A DNA stretch of 60,706 nucleotides, from NCBI GenBank assembly GCA_026389535.1, contig JAPLHR010000046.1, positions 1-60,706 on the forward strand. The letters are read 5' to 3'. This document shows positions 44,331 to 53,345 of this stretch, in pieces. The stretch comes from Chloroflexota bacterium. Its GTDB lineage: Bacteria; Chloroflexota; Limnocylindria; Limnocylindrales; Limnocylindraceae. The position numbers and the translations under genes were made by a program. The notes beneath the pieces were generated by a model. It saw only the letters and a program-made list of their open reading frames with translations. It did no database searches and was not told where the DNA came from. Within the stretch, counting starts at the first letter, position 1. Each line of letters begins with the position of its first letter.

Positions 44331-44696
44331 ATGTTTCGGTTCTACACGCCGTTCTGGATTGCAAACCTGGTGCTCTTCCTCGCAACGATCCTGGTCTACT
44401 CCTTCGCGACCCGCGGCGCTCGTGGGCGAGGGGTGGTCGGCGACGAGTGGGAGTACATCCTCTGGATCAGCCTCGGCACCTTCGGCATGAATCTGGTCTA
44501 CGCCGCATTCCAGTGGTACGGCATTTTCCCCATTGCCACCACGCTTGTTGGGCTCCTCGCCCTGCGCGACACCGTCACGAAGCGCTTCCCGCCACTCCTC
44601 GCTGCTGAAGCGCAGCATGCCGCACTCTTGCGCACGCGACGCCAGGTTGCCGACGGCGTTGAGGCAACCATTCGCCCAGCGAATCGTCGCGGATAA
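44331..44696 (+). CDS. Hypothetical small membrane protein
   Basis: ATG at 44331 after GAGGAC. Three hydrophobic segments. The upstream part of track ORF 44136.. overlaps purH antisense and was discarded. Confidence 0.5.
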   Translation: MFRFYTPFWIANLVLFLATILVYSFATRGARGRGVVGDEWEYILWISLGTFGMNLVYAAFQWYGIFPIATTLVGLLALRDTVTKRFPPLLAAEAQHAALLRTRRQVADGVEATIRPANRRG

Positions 44697-44732
44697 CCCT
44701 TTGGTGTGCGCGGCTGCGCACTGCGGGAGAGC

Positions 44733-45113
44733 ATGAACATTCGCCAGTTCGGTCCCGGTCATCGACGTGCCGACCGCGCTGCAGGATCCAACGGTGTTCT
44801 CAGTAGCGCCATCTTCTCAAACGACATCGCACAGATCACCGAGTTCACAGTGACACCTGGCGGCACCTACGGCCCACTACGCAGCGCTGGTGATGTTGTG
44901 CTCGTGGTGATTGAGGGTGGCGGATGGGTCACCGTACTTGAAACGCTCGTACAGCTTGCCGCTGGTGAGTCGCTGCATCTTGAGCGGCTAACGCCCTACA
45001 GCATCGCTGCACGAGAGTTGCCGCTACGCGCGATCCTCGTCGAGCTTTCTGCGAGCAGCGTGACTGAGTCGGCTCGCACCATAGGCACCAGCGGCGGCGG
45101 CGCAGAGGAGTAG
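44733..45113 (+). CDS. Cupin-domain protein
   Basis: Small beta-barrel pattern (VVLVVIEGGGWVTV ... AGESLHL). ATG 44733 after GGGAGA. The 3' end overlaps the convergent GT-C gene by 90 nt. Confidence 0.5.
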   Translation: MNIRQFGPGHRRADRAAGSNGVLSSAIFSNDIAQITEFTVTPGGTYGPLRSAGDVVLVVIEGGGWVTVLETLVQLAAGESLHLERLTPYSIAARELPLRAILVELSASSVTESARTIGTSGGGAEE

Positions 45114-48100
45114 CACGCCAACGACGAGCGTCGCGCTACTGACAAGCGCGGCCTCGGCGGAACTTTCAAGGGTAACGCCGAATTGGAACGGCCAGGCCCA
45201 TGTTGGCAGTACGCCCTGGTACCAGTTATGAACGCCGGTTGGGAGTGGCAGCGCTGACCAGTTCGGATACCAGAGAAGTGCAACTGCAGCGATGCTGCTG
45301 ATGGTGATCGTAAAGATGCGACGCAAATCATTCGCCCCGAGAATTGACCATGCGGCCACCGTTGCAGGAACAAGCGCGATCGCACCAACGAGTGGTCCCG
45401 GTGTACCGAACCCACCCGAGAGGCAGACCTGGCTTTCTGGGTAGACGCTTGTCACTCCTGCGAGCGCGCAGAGCGCGCCGGTAGCCATCCAAAGCACTGG
45501 CGCAGCGAGCACCGCGCATGCGCCACCGATGCGCACGATCTGCGCAGCACGCTGTGATCCGGCGCGAAGATCAGCTAAGAGAAGTGCGAGGCCGATCAGG
45601 GCGATCTGTGAAGTTGGGTAGTAGTGATATTGGAATGCGACGCGATCGATGCGCGCCCACGGTAGCCAGAGCGCAAGGCCGAGAACGAGTACCGATGCGA
45701 GGCCCCAGCTTCGTCGGCGCCACGCCTCTGCTAGAAGCCAGAGCGCACCGCCGACGCTGAGGGCGCGAGAGAGCACGTTGCCGCCGTCGTACACCGCGGC
45801 GGTCCATGAGCTGCCGCCCGCGGTGAAGCTCGACTGGAAGAGCCAGACAGGCTTCAAGTCGAGCGGCCACGCCCACCATGGTGAGCTCGCGGCATGCGCG
45901 GCGCGCAGCGTGTCGTGATAGCGATACATCGACGCCGTGAGATCGGTCAGCGTCTGTCCGCTGTTGCCGATCGGCCAACCGGTAATCAACTGATTGCCGA
46001 GCGCCGCCCACGGCAAGTAGCTCGCGATGTAGACGCCGAGCGGGAGTGCGGCAAGCGTAAAGAGGACGAGTGTCGCTTCACCTGGGAGCGAGAGGAGTCC
46101 GAGAAGTGAGCGTGGGGTTGCTTCGCGCCGCGAGATGCCACCGGCGCGATGGATGGCCACGCCTGTCGCCGCAAGGAGTAGTACCAGCACGGCGGCAAAT
46201 GGCAGATTTGGGGTGCGGGTGGAGCCGTCGGCGACCGCGAGCGCTGGCGGGAGAAGCACGGCGCCGAGTAGGGCGAGCCCGCCCGCGACCAGTAGGCGCC
46301 CTGGCGCTGTTCGCGCGAGCCAGATGATGCCGAGACCGAAGATGCCGTAGAGGGCGACCCATTTGCTTGCGAGCGCTCCGCCGAGCAGAAGTCCGGCCAC
46401 GACGAGGAGGAGCCCCCCAGAGAGGGCGCCTCGCGCGCGACCCTGCAGCCATGCCACGAAGGCGACCGCGCCGCCAAGCAGGAGGGCCATGAGGTAGACG
46501 TCATTCATGCCGATGCGGCTCTGCACGAACCCGGCCCCGTCGAGCAGGGCGAGTACGCCGACGAGGGCGGCGACGTCGCGGCGCTCCGTCAGGAGCCGCG
46601 CCAAGAGAACTAGGAGGGCTGCGGCGAGTGCGCCGGCAATCACCCCGGGCCAGCGCCAGCCAGCGGCGAGGTCGCCCACGCTCACCTGTGTCATGGCACC
46701 AGATGGCGCCGCAATAAGTAGCTCGCCGTTGCCGCCATCGGCGCGCTCGTCTGAGGCATCAAGGGCTGCGCCGCTCACGCCAAGCGTGAGTGCATCAGCG
46801 CCCACGGCAACGTCGGCAAATCGGGCGTTGCCATTCGGCTCAACCGTCCACAGCGATGCGCCGGCGCCATCGGGCCCAGGTGCCACCACGTGCACCATGC
46901 GGCTTGCATCATTGGGCACGATCGCCGTGGCGCCTGGGATCGTGATCTGCGAGATGAGCGTCGTGCTCTCGCTCTTTGCGCTGTACACCCGTACGCCATC
47001 GCGACCCGCTACGTAGAGTCGCAGCGAGTCAAACCAGTCAACGGCTGCAACGGCAACTGCGCCACCCTCAATGGGTGAGGATCGCATGTTCGACAGGTCA
47101 CGTGCCGCGTAGCTCGTCAGCCCGCTAGCGCTCGTCACAAAGATTCGCTCCTCATCATCTACCGTGAGCGCGAGTACCGACGTCCCGCGCACAAGTGGTG
47201 CGCTTGCCACGACAACTCCATCGCGCATGATCAGCACCTGATCGCGTTGCACAAGGGCAACACCGCCATCAGTAAGTGGCGCAATGCCCAGGATGGCACC
47301 GCCAGTTGATGCCCACGTGCGCAGGCCGCTTGCGCCGCCCTGATCGGCGGTGGCGCGGTCGACCGAAAAGATTGTGCCGGTTTCGGTAGCGCCCCAGAGG
47401 GAGCCGTCATGGGCGGCGAGCAGTTGCGAAACGCTGCGTAGTGGAAGTGCGCCAAGGACTGCGCGCGTTGATGCATCAATCACGCTGATCTCTTCTGGCC
47501 CTGCGATCCAAATTCTGCCGGGGCTTAGTGCATCCTCTGGCCGAACGGCAATTGTGCCGATCCTTGTTGGGTATGTTGTTTGCGCATCGACACGAGGTGC
47601 GCCAAACGTTTCGAGACCGAGTGCAATGAGGTACTTGGCGAGATGCGGGTGTGTGTACTCATAGATCGCATGCGGCTCGCCGTACTTCCAGTCTTGCATG
47701 AACTCTGTCGCGGTTCGCACGTGATAGACCTCATCAAATTGGAAGTGTGTCGGCTCGCCAACGCGCCAGCCTCTCAGAGACAGGGTGCTCACTGTCACCA
47801 GGATCAAGAGCCAGAGGTCAATCCGTGTCAGGATTCGGCGGGGCTCCGGCTTTGCGATCACCGCCCGTCGTGGTACAGCGTCAACCTGTTTCCGTTGCGT
47901 GGCTGCTAGCCGCGCACCCGTTGTGCGTCTTTCGGTGCTCCACGCTAACCAGATGGCTGCGAACAGCGTTGCGGTGATTGCGATCGCGGTAGCCGTCACC
48001 GCAATCGGTGTGTGGAGTGCATCGGTGAAAACGCCAAGGTTTGGTAAGCCTGGGTTCTGGAAGTACGAGATGGTGAGCACGCCCCAGCTGTTCATAAAGA

Positions 48101-49208
48101 AGGCGACGGAGGTTGCGACAGCAATCCAGCGCCAGGCGGGCCGTGCTGCGGCGAGTGCAATCGTGAGCGGAATCGCCGGGAAGAGGTAGCGCTCGTGCAC
48201 GCGCGTTGGCAGAACGAAGAAGGCGATAGCGAGGATGGCGACAGCGGTAACGGTACGGATCGCCGTATCGCGTCGCACGTAGCGCATCGCAACGAGTACG
48301 GCGGCGGCGATCGCCGCACTGCCGATTGCGACTCCCGGAATGCCGATCAGGGGGAGTGGGTCGATGTCGGACGCCCACCCGCTCGCATCAACGACCGCTC
48401 GCCCACCGACCGTGATGAGCGCCCAAGGGTTCCAGGCATTTACCGAGAGGTGCGGGTAGGTGCCCGCCGCCTCTGCGATCTTGGCCAGCACGTCAGGAAG
48501 CGTGAGCCCGAACGGCAGGGCGGCGAGGGCAATGGTGGCGGCGCCAGCGAGGCCCGCTACGACGAAGGCCCATGGGTCACGCGCCGAGCGCGCTCGCACA
48601 AAGGCGAGGACGCCAACGATGGGGATCAGGATGCCGAACTGCGGCTTGAGCACCGCGGCGAGCGCGGCGAGGATCGCGCCGCGAACGGTCTTGCCGCGGA
48701 TCAGCGCGGAGAGTGAATAGAGGAGGGCGGCGGTTCCAATGGAGTCAACCTGTCCCCACACGGCTGAATCGAGCCAGATCATTGGGCCAACGGCCATGGC
48801 GATAGCGGCGGCAAGCTGGCCGCGTCGTGGTGCACCGAGGTCGGCGGCGAGCCGCACTGTTGCGAGTACCAGCAGGCCGTCGGCGAGGATCGCAGGGAGC
48901 TTTACGAGCGCCCCCGGGTCGGTGCTGCCAGTGATGAGTGCGCTAACCGAGCCGAGCGCCCAGAGGACCCACATGTAGCCGGGGAGGTAGTCGACAAAGA
49001 TTCCGCGTGCATAGAAACCCCACGGTCCACGGGTCCCCAGCTCAGACGCCCACGCTCGGAATGCGTTGAGATCAGAAGCAAAGCCTGCGTCTGGAGGGAG
49101 TGCCACGTATGCGATGATCACCCGCAAGAGAATCCCGAGCGCAGCGATTAGCGCAATTGTGCGGAGGCTGACCTGCTCGGTTGGTCGACGGGCCGTCTGA
49201 GAAATCAT
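45024..49208 (-). CDS. Giant (1394-aa) polytopic membrane protein: two GT-C-type glycosyltransferase modules, the second PMT/GT39-like with a large soluble insertion
   Basis: Continuous ORF. N-module: SDLNAFRAWASEL, VDYLPGYMWVLW. Second module: FQFDEVYHVRTATEF, THPHLAKYLIALG, MNDVYLMALLLGG, SPWWAWPLDLKPVW. Start trimmed to ATG 49206-49208. Confidence 0.8.
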   Translation of the reverse strand: MISQTARRPTEQVSLRTIALIAALGILLRVIIAYVALPPDAGFASDLNAFRAWASELGTRGPWGFYARGIFVDYLPGYMWVLWALGSVSALITGSTDPGALVKLPAILADGLLVLATVRLAADLGAPRRGQLAAAIAMAVGPMIWLDSAVWGQVDSIGTAALLYSLSALIRGKTVRGAILAALAAVLKPQFGILIPIVGVLAFVRARSARDPWAFVVAGLAGAATIALAALPFGLTLPDVLAKIAEAAGTYPHLSVNAWNPWALITVGGRAVVDASGWASDIDPLPLIGIPGVAIGSAAIAAAVLVAMRYVRRDTAIRTVTAVAILAIAFFVLPTRVHERYLFPAIPLTIALAAARPAWRWIAVATSVAFFMNSWGVLTISYFQNPGLPNLGVFTDALHTPIAVTATAIAITATLFAAIWLAWSTERRTTGARLAATQRKQVDAVPRRAVIAKPEPRRILTRIDLWLLILVTVSTLSLRGWRVGEPTHFQFDEVYHVRTATEFMQDWKYGEPHAIYEYTHPHLAKYLIALGLETFGAPRVDAQTTYPTRIGTIAVRPEDALSPGRIWIAGPEEISVIDASTRAVLGALPLRSVSQLLAAHDGSLWGATETGTIFSVDRATADQGGASGLRTWASTGGAILGIAPLTDGGVALVQRDQVLIMRDGVVVASAPLVRGTSVLALTVDDEERIFVTSASGLTSYAARDLSNMRSSPIEGGAVAVAAVDWFDSLRLYVAGRDGVRVYSAKSESTTLISQITIPGATAIVPNDASRMVHVVAPGPDGAGASLWTVEPNGNARFADVAVGADALTLGVSGAALDASDERADGGNGELLIAAPSGAMTQVSVGDLAAGWRWPGVIAGALAAALLVLLARLLTERRDVAALVGVLALLDGAGFVQSRIGMNDVYLMALLLGGAVAFVAWLQGRARGALSGGLLLVVAGLLLGGALASKWVALYGIFGLGIIWLARTAPGRLLVAGGLALLGAVLLPPALAVADGSTRTPNLPFAAVLVLLLAATGVAIHRAGGISRREATPRSLLGLLSLPGEATLVLFTLAALPLGVYIASYLPWAALGNQLITGWPIGNSGQTLTDLTASMYRYHDTLRAAHAASSPWWAWPLDLKPVWLFQSSFTAGGSSWTAAVYDGGNVLSRALSVGGALWLLAEAWRRRSWGLASVLVLGLALWLPWARIDRVAFQYHYYPTSQIALIGLALLLADLRAGSQRAAQIVRIGGACAVLAAPVLWMATGALCALAGVTSVYPESQVCLSGGFGTPGPLVGAIALVPATVAAWSILGANDLRRIFTITISSIAAVALLWYPNWSALPLPTGVHNWYQGVLPTWAWPFQFGVTLESSAEAALVSSATLVVGVLLLCAAAAGAYGASRLSHAARRKLDEDRA

Positions 49209-49233
49209 CTGCCGAGTGTAGCCGTGAAGGGGG

Positions 49234-49998
49234 TTGTGGAAGGTGCCACTGCAAGAGCTCTCGCTCTTCTTCCCCTGCCACAACGAGGCTGAGAACCTTG
49301 AGGCGCTCGTCGCCGATGCGCTCGCAGCGCTCCCCACCCTCGCCACGACCTATGAGGTCATTCTCGTTGACGACGGTTCGCGTGATGACACTGCCGGCGT
49401 GGCCGAGCGCCTAGTGCAGCGGCACGGCGGAGCCGTTCGCCTGGTGCGCCACGAGGTAAACCGCGGGTACGGCGGCGCGCTTCGTTCGGGTTTTGCGGCG
49501 GCACGGTATGAGCACCTTGCCTACACCGACGGCGACCGCCAGTTCCGTGTCGCTGACCTTGCGCGCCTTGTCGAGTGTGCCGAGGCGACACGCTCGCCGG
49601 TTGTCATTGGGTATCGCGTGCAGCGTGCTGATCCGCCACTGCGTCTCATCTACGCCACCCTGTATCGCATTGCCAATCGCATCTGGTTCGGACTTCGTGT
49701 CCGCGACGTTGACTGCGCTGCAAAACTATTCCATCGCGATGCACTGCGTGGAATCATCGTGCACTCTGACGGCGCCTTCTTCTCTGCAGAGCTACTGATT
49801 CGTTTGCGACTCGCTGGCGTGAACATCCTTGAGGTCGGCGTGCCGCACTATCCGCGTACCGCTGGCTCACCTACGGGGGCGCGCCTCTCGGTTATTACGC
49901 GAGCTGTGCGCGACTTCTGGTCGCTACGCATTGGGCTCTGGGTGAGCCGCGCTCGAACGCTCTCGCGAGGTCGCGCGCTGTTGAACGATGAGCGCTAG
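49234..49998 (+). CDS. GT2 polyprenyl-phosphate sugar synthase-like glycosyltransferase
   Basis: FPCHNEAENL, VILVDDGSRDDT, NRGYGGALRSG, YTDGDRQF. The start is TTG 49234 or GTG 49243. Confidence 0.8.
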   Translation: MWKVPLQELSLFFPCHNEAENLEALVADALAALPTLATTYEVILVDDGSRDDTAGVAERLVQRHGGAVRLVRHEVNRGYGGALRSGFAAARYEHLAYTDGDRQFRVADLARLVECAEATRSPVVIGYRVQRADPPLRLIYATLYRIANRIWFGLRVRDVDCAAKLFHRDALRGIIVHSDGAFFSAELLIRLRLAGVNILEVGVPHYPRTAGSPTGARLSVITRAVRDFWSLRIGLWVSRARTLSRGRALLNDER

Positions 49999-50483
49999 CG
50001 CGCTGCCGGTGGCTCCTCGCCGTCGAGCGAGTTAACGAAGTCACGGAAGAGCGAGAGTCGCTCCTCTTCAGCGGCCTCCGGAACGATCCCTTCCGCTGAA
50101 AGCAATTCTGCTGAGATAAAGATTGGAGCCTCGGCACGTAGCGCGAGTGCGACTGCATCACTCGGCCGTGCATCGAGCTCAGCCTCTTCGCCGCTTGGGG
50201 CAACCATCACCATCCGCGCGCGGAACGTCTCTTCACGGACTTCAATGATGCGCACCTCGCGCAGTGTCGCCCCTAGGGCGCGAATGGCGCGTAGGGCTGT
50301 GTCATGCGTGAGAGGTCGTTCTGGTGTGATCCCCTGAAGGTGATAGGCGATGGCGCTGGCCTCGTTGGGCCCAATCGGAATCGGCAGGTAGCGCGCCTCT
50401 TCGGCGTCGCGTAGGAGTAGCACGTGCGTCCCAGAGATCATCTGGATGCGCACCCCCTCAACCACCGCGCGTCGTAGTTCCAT
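49995..50483 (-). CDS. Bifunctional nuclease (BFN/DUF151) family protein
   Basis: VLLLRDAEEARYLPIPIGPNEASAI, RPLTHD, DARPSDAVALALR. Confidence 0.8.
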   Translation of the reverse strand: MELRRAVVEGVRIQMISGTHVLLLRDAEEARYLPIPIGPNEASAIAYHLQGITPERPLTHDTALRAIRALGATLREVRIIEVREETFRARMVMVAPSGEEAELDARPSDAVALALRAEAPIFISAELLSAEGIVPEAAEEERLSLFRDFVNSLDGEEPPAAR

Positions 50484-50501
50484 CGCTCTATGATCGCACG
50501 C

Positions 50502-52988
50502 TTACGGCGTAGGAATCGGGGTCTCGATAACAGGATCAGGAGTTGGGCCAACGCTCGCCCCTGGCTCTTGTTCAATCGGTTTCCCAAGGACGGCGCTACG
50601 AACGCGTCCCGCCTCAGCCCAGACAAACGTTGGTGCCCCGCCATCAGATGCGGGGAGGATGTATCCGCCGAGAATCTCACCGATTTGGTCGGCTTGATCA
50701 CTAATGACGTACTGCGCGAGCATGGCGCCGGACGACGCCTTGCTGTACGCGATCACTCGGCGTGCGCTGCTATCCCAGACGTAGATGATCCCTGTTCTGC
50801 TCGCCCCCGCGGACATCACGACCGTTGGGGTAAGCAGGGGCCGCAGTAGCTCGTCGCCAATCTCTGCTGGGGTCCACTCGTCTGGCGCACCGCCTGAGTA
50901 GCGGCGCAGCGCACCGCCGCTCGTCATATAGACATCACCGTCGATCGCGATGCCCGTCATGGTGCCCAGCGACATCGGGTTGATCAGATACGCCGTTGGG
51001 GCGGCGGGGTAGCCCGTGCCGTCGGGGGCTGGCTGGTACCGCAAGATCTGACGCGCTGAGGGGTCAACGACATAGAGGCGGTAGAGCCCAGTCCCTGGGT
51101 CGGCTGCGAATCCGACAATCGCCTTGACGTCGCTCCCCCACAGCTCGCCGTCGCGGACGCGAAGCTTGACCAGCGTCCCCTTGCCGGCTCCGTCGGAGGG
51201 GCGCCAGCGCCAGAGGTTGGAGGAGGCATCAAACACCACGAGGTCGGGCCCAGAAGCGGTGATGAGTAGTGCGCGCCCCGTGCGCGTGCCGTAGAGGTCA
51301 AACCCTGGCTGGTACACAACGGTTGCACGGCCGCGCTCGGCATCAATTCGGTATACCGCGCCCGTCACCTTGTCGATGACATACGGCAGACCGTCTGGCC
51401 CCTGGACGATCGCCTGGATCTCAACTGTTGCGCCCGCCGCCTCAAAGTCGAAGAGCTCGATCGGGGCCGTGTTGTTCACCAGGAAAATCTTATTGAGCGT
51501 CTCTGTCGCCTCTGTTCGTAGCGTCGTGATTCGGGCGAGCGGGCCGCCTCCAGTCTCTGCAAGATTCAGGTTGGCAACGGCGGTGAGCAGGAGGCTCTTC
51601 GCGCGCGCTGGGTCGTTCACAAGAAGGTTGGTCTGGGGATCAAGCGCTTCACCGATACCGATCTCCGCACTTCGTAGGGCCTCGCGGGCCTTCGCCGCAG
51701 CGTCCAGCTCCGGAGTTGATCCGTTTAGCACGAGTGCAGTTGCGCCGCCGACCCCGGCGACCAACACCGCGGCGAGAAGGATTGCGGCTGAGCGGCGTCG
51801 ACGTGTGCGCTGAACTTCGTGCTCTGCCTGCTCGTCGCTCCCCGTCGCTGCGCGGAGCGTTGGCTCAGCTGGGGTGACTGTTAGCCATGGTGCTCGGCGC
51901 TCAATCTCGTTTGCGATGCGCGCAGCGGCGCGCTGCCAGAACGACGTTGACGTTGCGGCGCGCTCTCGCCACGATCGCTCAACTCGTGGCTCTGCTGCGC
52001 TGCGATGCTCTGCGCGCAGTCGCGCCTCCGCGCGCGCAGTCTCTTGCGCCGCTCGCACTGCATCGCTTGTGCGCTGGTCGCGCGCCGGTGGCGGTTGAGC
52101 CTTCCCTCGCGCACGTGCCTCCGTCCCGCTTCGTGTGCTTGGGCGTCGCGCATCAAACACCGCCTGTGCTGCGGTGTCAATTGGTTCATACGGCCGTGTC
52201 TGCGCGTCTGGCCGATTCGGATCGGCCTTTGGCGCCACTGGTTTTGCAGCGGCGATGCGCGCCTCGCGCTCAAGGTTTCCCTCCTCCCAGCGTGTGCGCG
52301 CGTTGATCTTTGCGACTGCTACTGGATCGGTCGGAACGTTGATCAGCGTGTCGGAGTCTGGCGCCGCCCACTGAACAGCCTTTCGCACCGGTAGCAGCAC
52401 CTCAAGAAGCACCGCTGGGTAGGCGAGTGGTGCAAGTACGCCGCTCACAGGTGTGTGTGCTTTGACTGCGCGTTTCGCATCCTCCGACGTGATCGCCAGC
52501 GCGACGCGATCTTTTGGGGACATCGAGAGCCGTGTCGCTGAGATCCCGCCGCGCTCGAGCGTGCGTGACGATGCACCAGGCGCCTCGTCGGGCAACATGA
52601 TTGTTGACATGCGACCCTCTGTAGTTCGGCGTGCGGCAATCGCCACGCCGCTGGTGCGTGCTACAAGGACCTCTTCGCGCGATAGCGCAACGAGCCCAAC
52701 TGCAACGCTCTCGCCGAGTCGCTTCTGTGCAGCGGTGAGCGCACGACGCGCTCGCTCCGCGGGACTGGCCGACGCGTCTCTGTCAAAGAGGTCAAGTGTT
52801 TCGTTGGCGGCTTTTTGGAGCTGCGCCGTTGTCGCACCGACGAGCGAGATGAGTACGGCGCGTGTGCCGAGTACGCGCTCCTCAGACGGCCCCTTCGGCG
52901 TACGTGCGAGCAGGAGCCAGCCTGGACCAAACGCTGGCTCGGCAGCGGTTAGCACTGCGGGGTGAATGGTCTGTTCGGTCTGGTCCAT
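50502..52988 (-). CDS. Hypothetical 828-aa single-pass membrane protein: cytoplasmic N-domain, Arg-rich linker, TM, extracytoplasmic beta-propeller-like repeats
   Basis: TM segment SAAILLAAVLVAGVGGATALVL. C-terminal repeats of the type YVIDKVTGAVYRID / LYVVDPSARQILRY / IYVWDSSARRVIAY. Confidence 0.65.
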   Translation of the reverse strand: MDQTEQTIHPAVLTAAEPAFGPGWLLLARTPKGPSEERVLGTRAVLISLVGATTAQLQKAANETLDLFDRDASASPAERARRALTAAQKRLGESVAVGLVALSREEVLVARTSGVAIAARRTTEGRMSTIMLPDEAPGASSRTLERGGISATRLSMSPKDRVALAITSEDAKRAVKAHTPVSGVLAPLAYPAVLLEVLLPVRKAVQWAAPDSDTLINVPTDPVAVAKINARTRWEEGNLEREARIAAAKPVAPKADPNRPDAQTRPYEPIDTAAQAVFDARRPSTRSGTEARARGKAQPPPARDQRTSDAVRAAQETARAEARLRAEHRSAAEPRVERSWRERAATSTSFWQRAAARIANEIERRAPWLTVTPAEPTLRAATGSDEQAEHEVQRTRRRRSAAILLAAVLVAGVGGATALVLNGSTPELDAAAKAREALRSAEIGIGEALDPQTNLLVNDPARAKSLLLTAVANLNLAETGGGPLARITTLRTEATETLNKIFLVNNTAPIELFDFEAAGATVEIQAIVQGPDGLPYVIDKVTGAVYRIDAERGRATVVYQPGFDLYGTRTGRALLITASGPDLVVFDASSNLWRWRPSDGAGKGTLVKLRVRDGELWGSDVKAIVGFAADPGTGLYRLYVVDPSARQILRYQPAPDGTGYPAAPTAYLINPMSLGTMTGIAIDGDVYMTSGGALRRYSGGAPDEWTPAEIGDELLRPLLTPTVVMSAGASRTGIIYVWDSSARRVIAYSKASSGAMLAQYVISDQADQIGEILGGYILPASDGGAPTFVWAEAGRVRSAVLGKPIEQEPGASVGPTPDPVIETPIPTP

Positions 52989-53003
52989 GTGTTGAGAATA
53001 CGC

Positions 53004-53345
53004 TCAGTCTTGCTCGCTGCCTGAGATCGCGATCCGTACCGTTAGGCCAATCGAGCGTTCGCCGCCGGGTCGCTCGCTAAAGGCGCGGGCGAGCTCTGCG
53101 CCGCGAAGGTGTAGCTCCTGCGCCGCCACGGGGTTCCGTGCTTCAACAATGAGTCGGCCGCGCTCGATAGCAACAAGGTGGCTGACGGGGGCGAGGTGTG
53201 GCGCCACTTCGCGCAGGAGATCACCGAAGACGCCCATCGTTCGCGCGAACCGAAGCTCCTCTTCAAAGCCGAGGGCGCGCGCCGCTTCAGGGAGCAGCCC
53301 GGCGAGCCCCTCTGGCCGCCCCTTTCGCGTGCGTTTCGTGCTCAC
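53004..53345 (-). CDS. dciA: DUF721/DciA-family protein (replicative helicase operator candidate)
   Basis: 113 aa. GTGA overlap with the recF stop. Position and size are typical of DUF721. LIVEARNPVAAQELHL pattern. Confidence 0.7.
   Translation of the reverse strand: MSTKRTRKGRPEGLAGLLPEAARALGFEEELRFARTMGVFGDLLREVAPHLAPVSHLVAIERGRLIVEARNPVAAQELHLRGAELARAFSERPGGERSIGLTVRIAISGSEQD

Noticed and set aside
45024-45113. 90-nt convergent overlap between the cupin gene and the giant GT-C gene. Also the CTAG stop-on-stop overlap at 49995-49998 and abutting stops at 6658-6663.
   Set aside because: These are probably just compact gene packing or a slightly over-long ORF call at the low-complexity C-termini. 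There is no independent evidence for antisense regulation.
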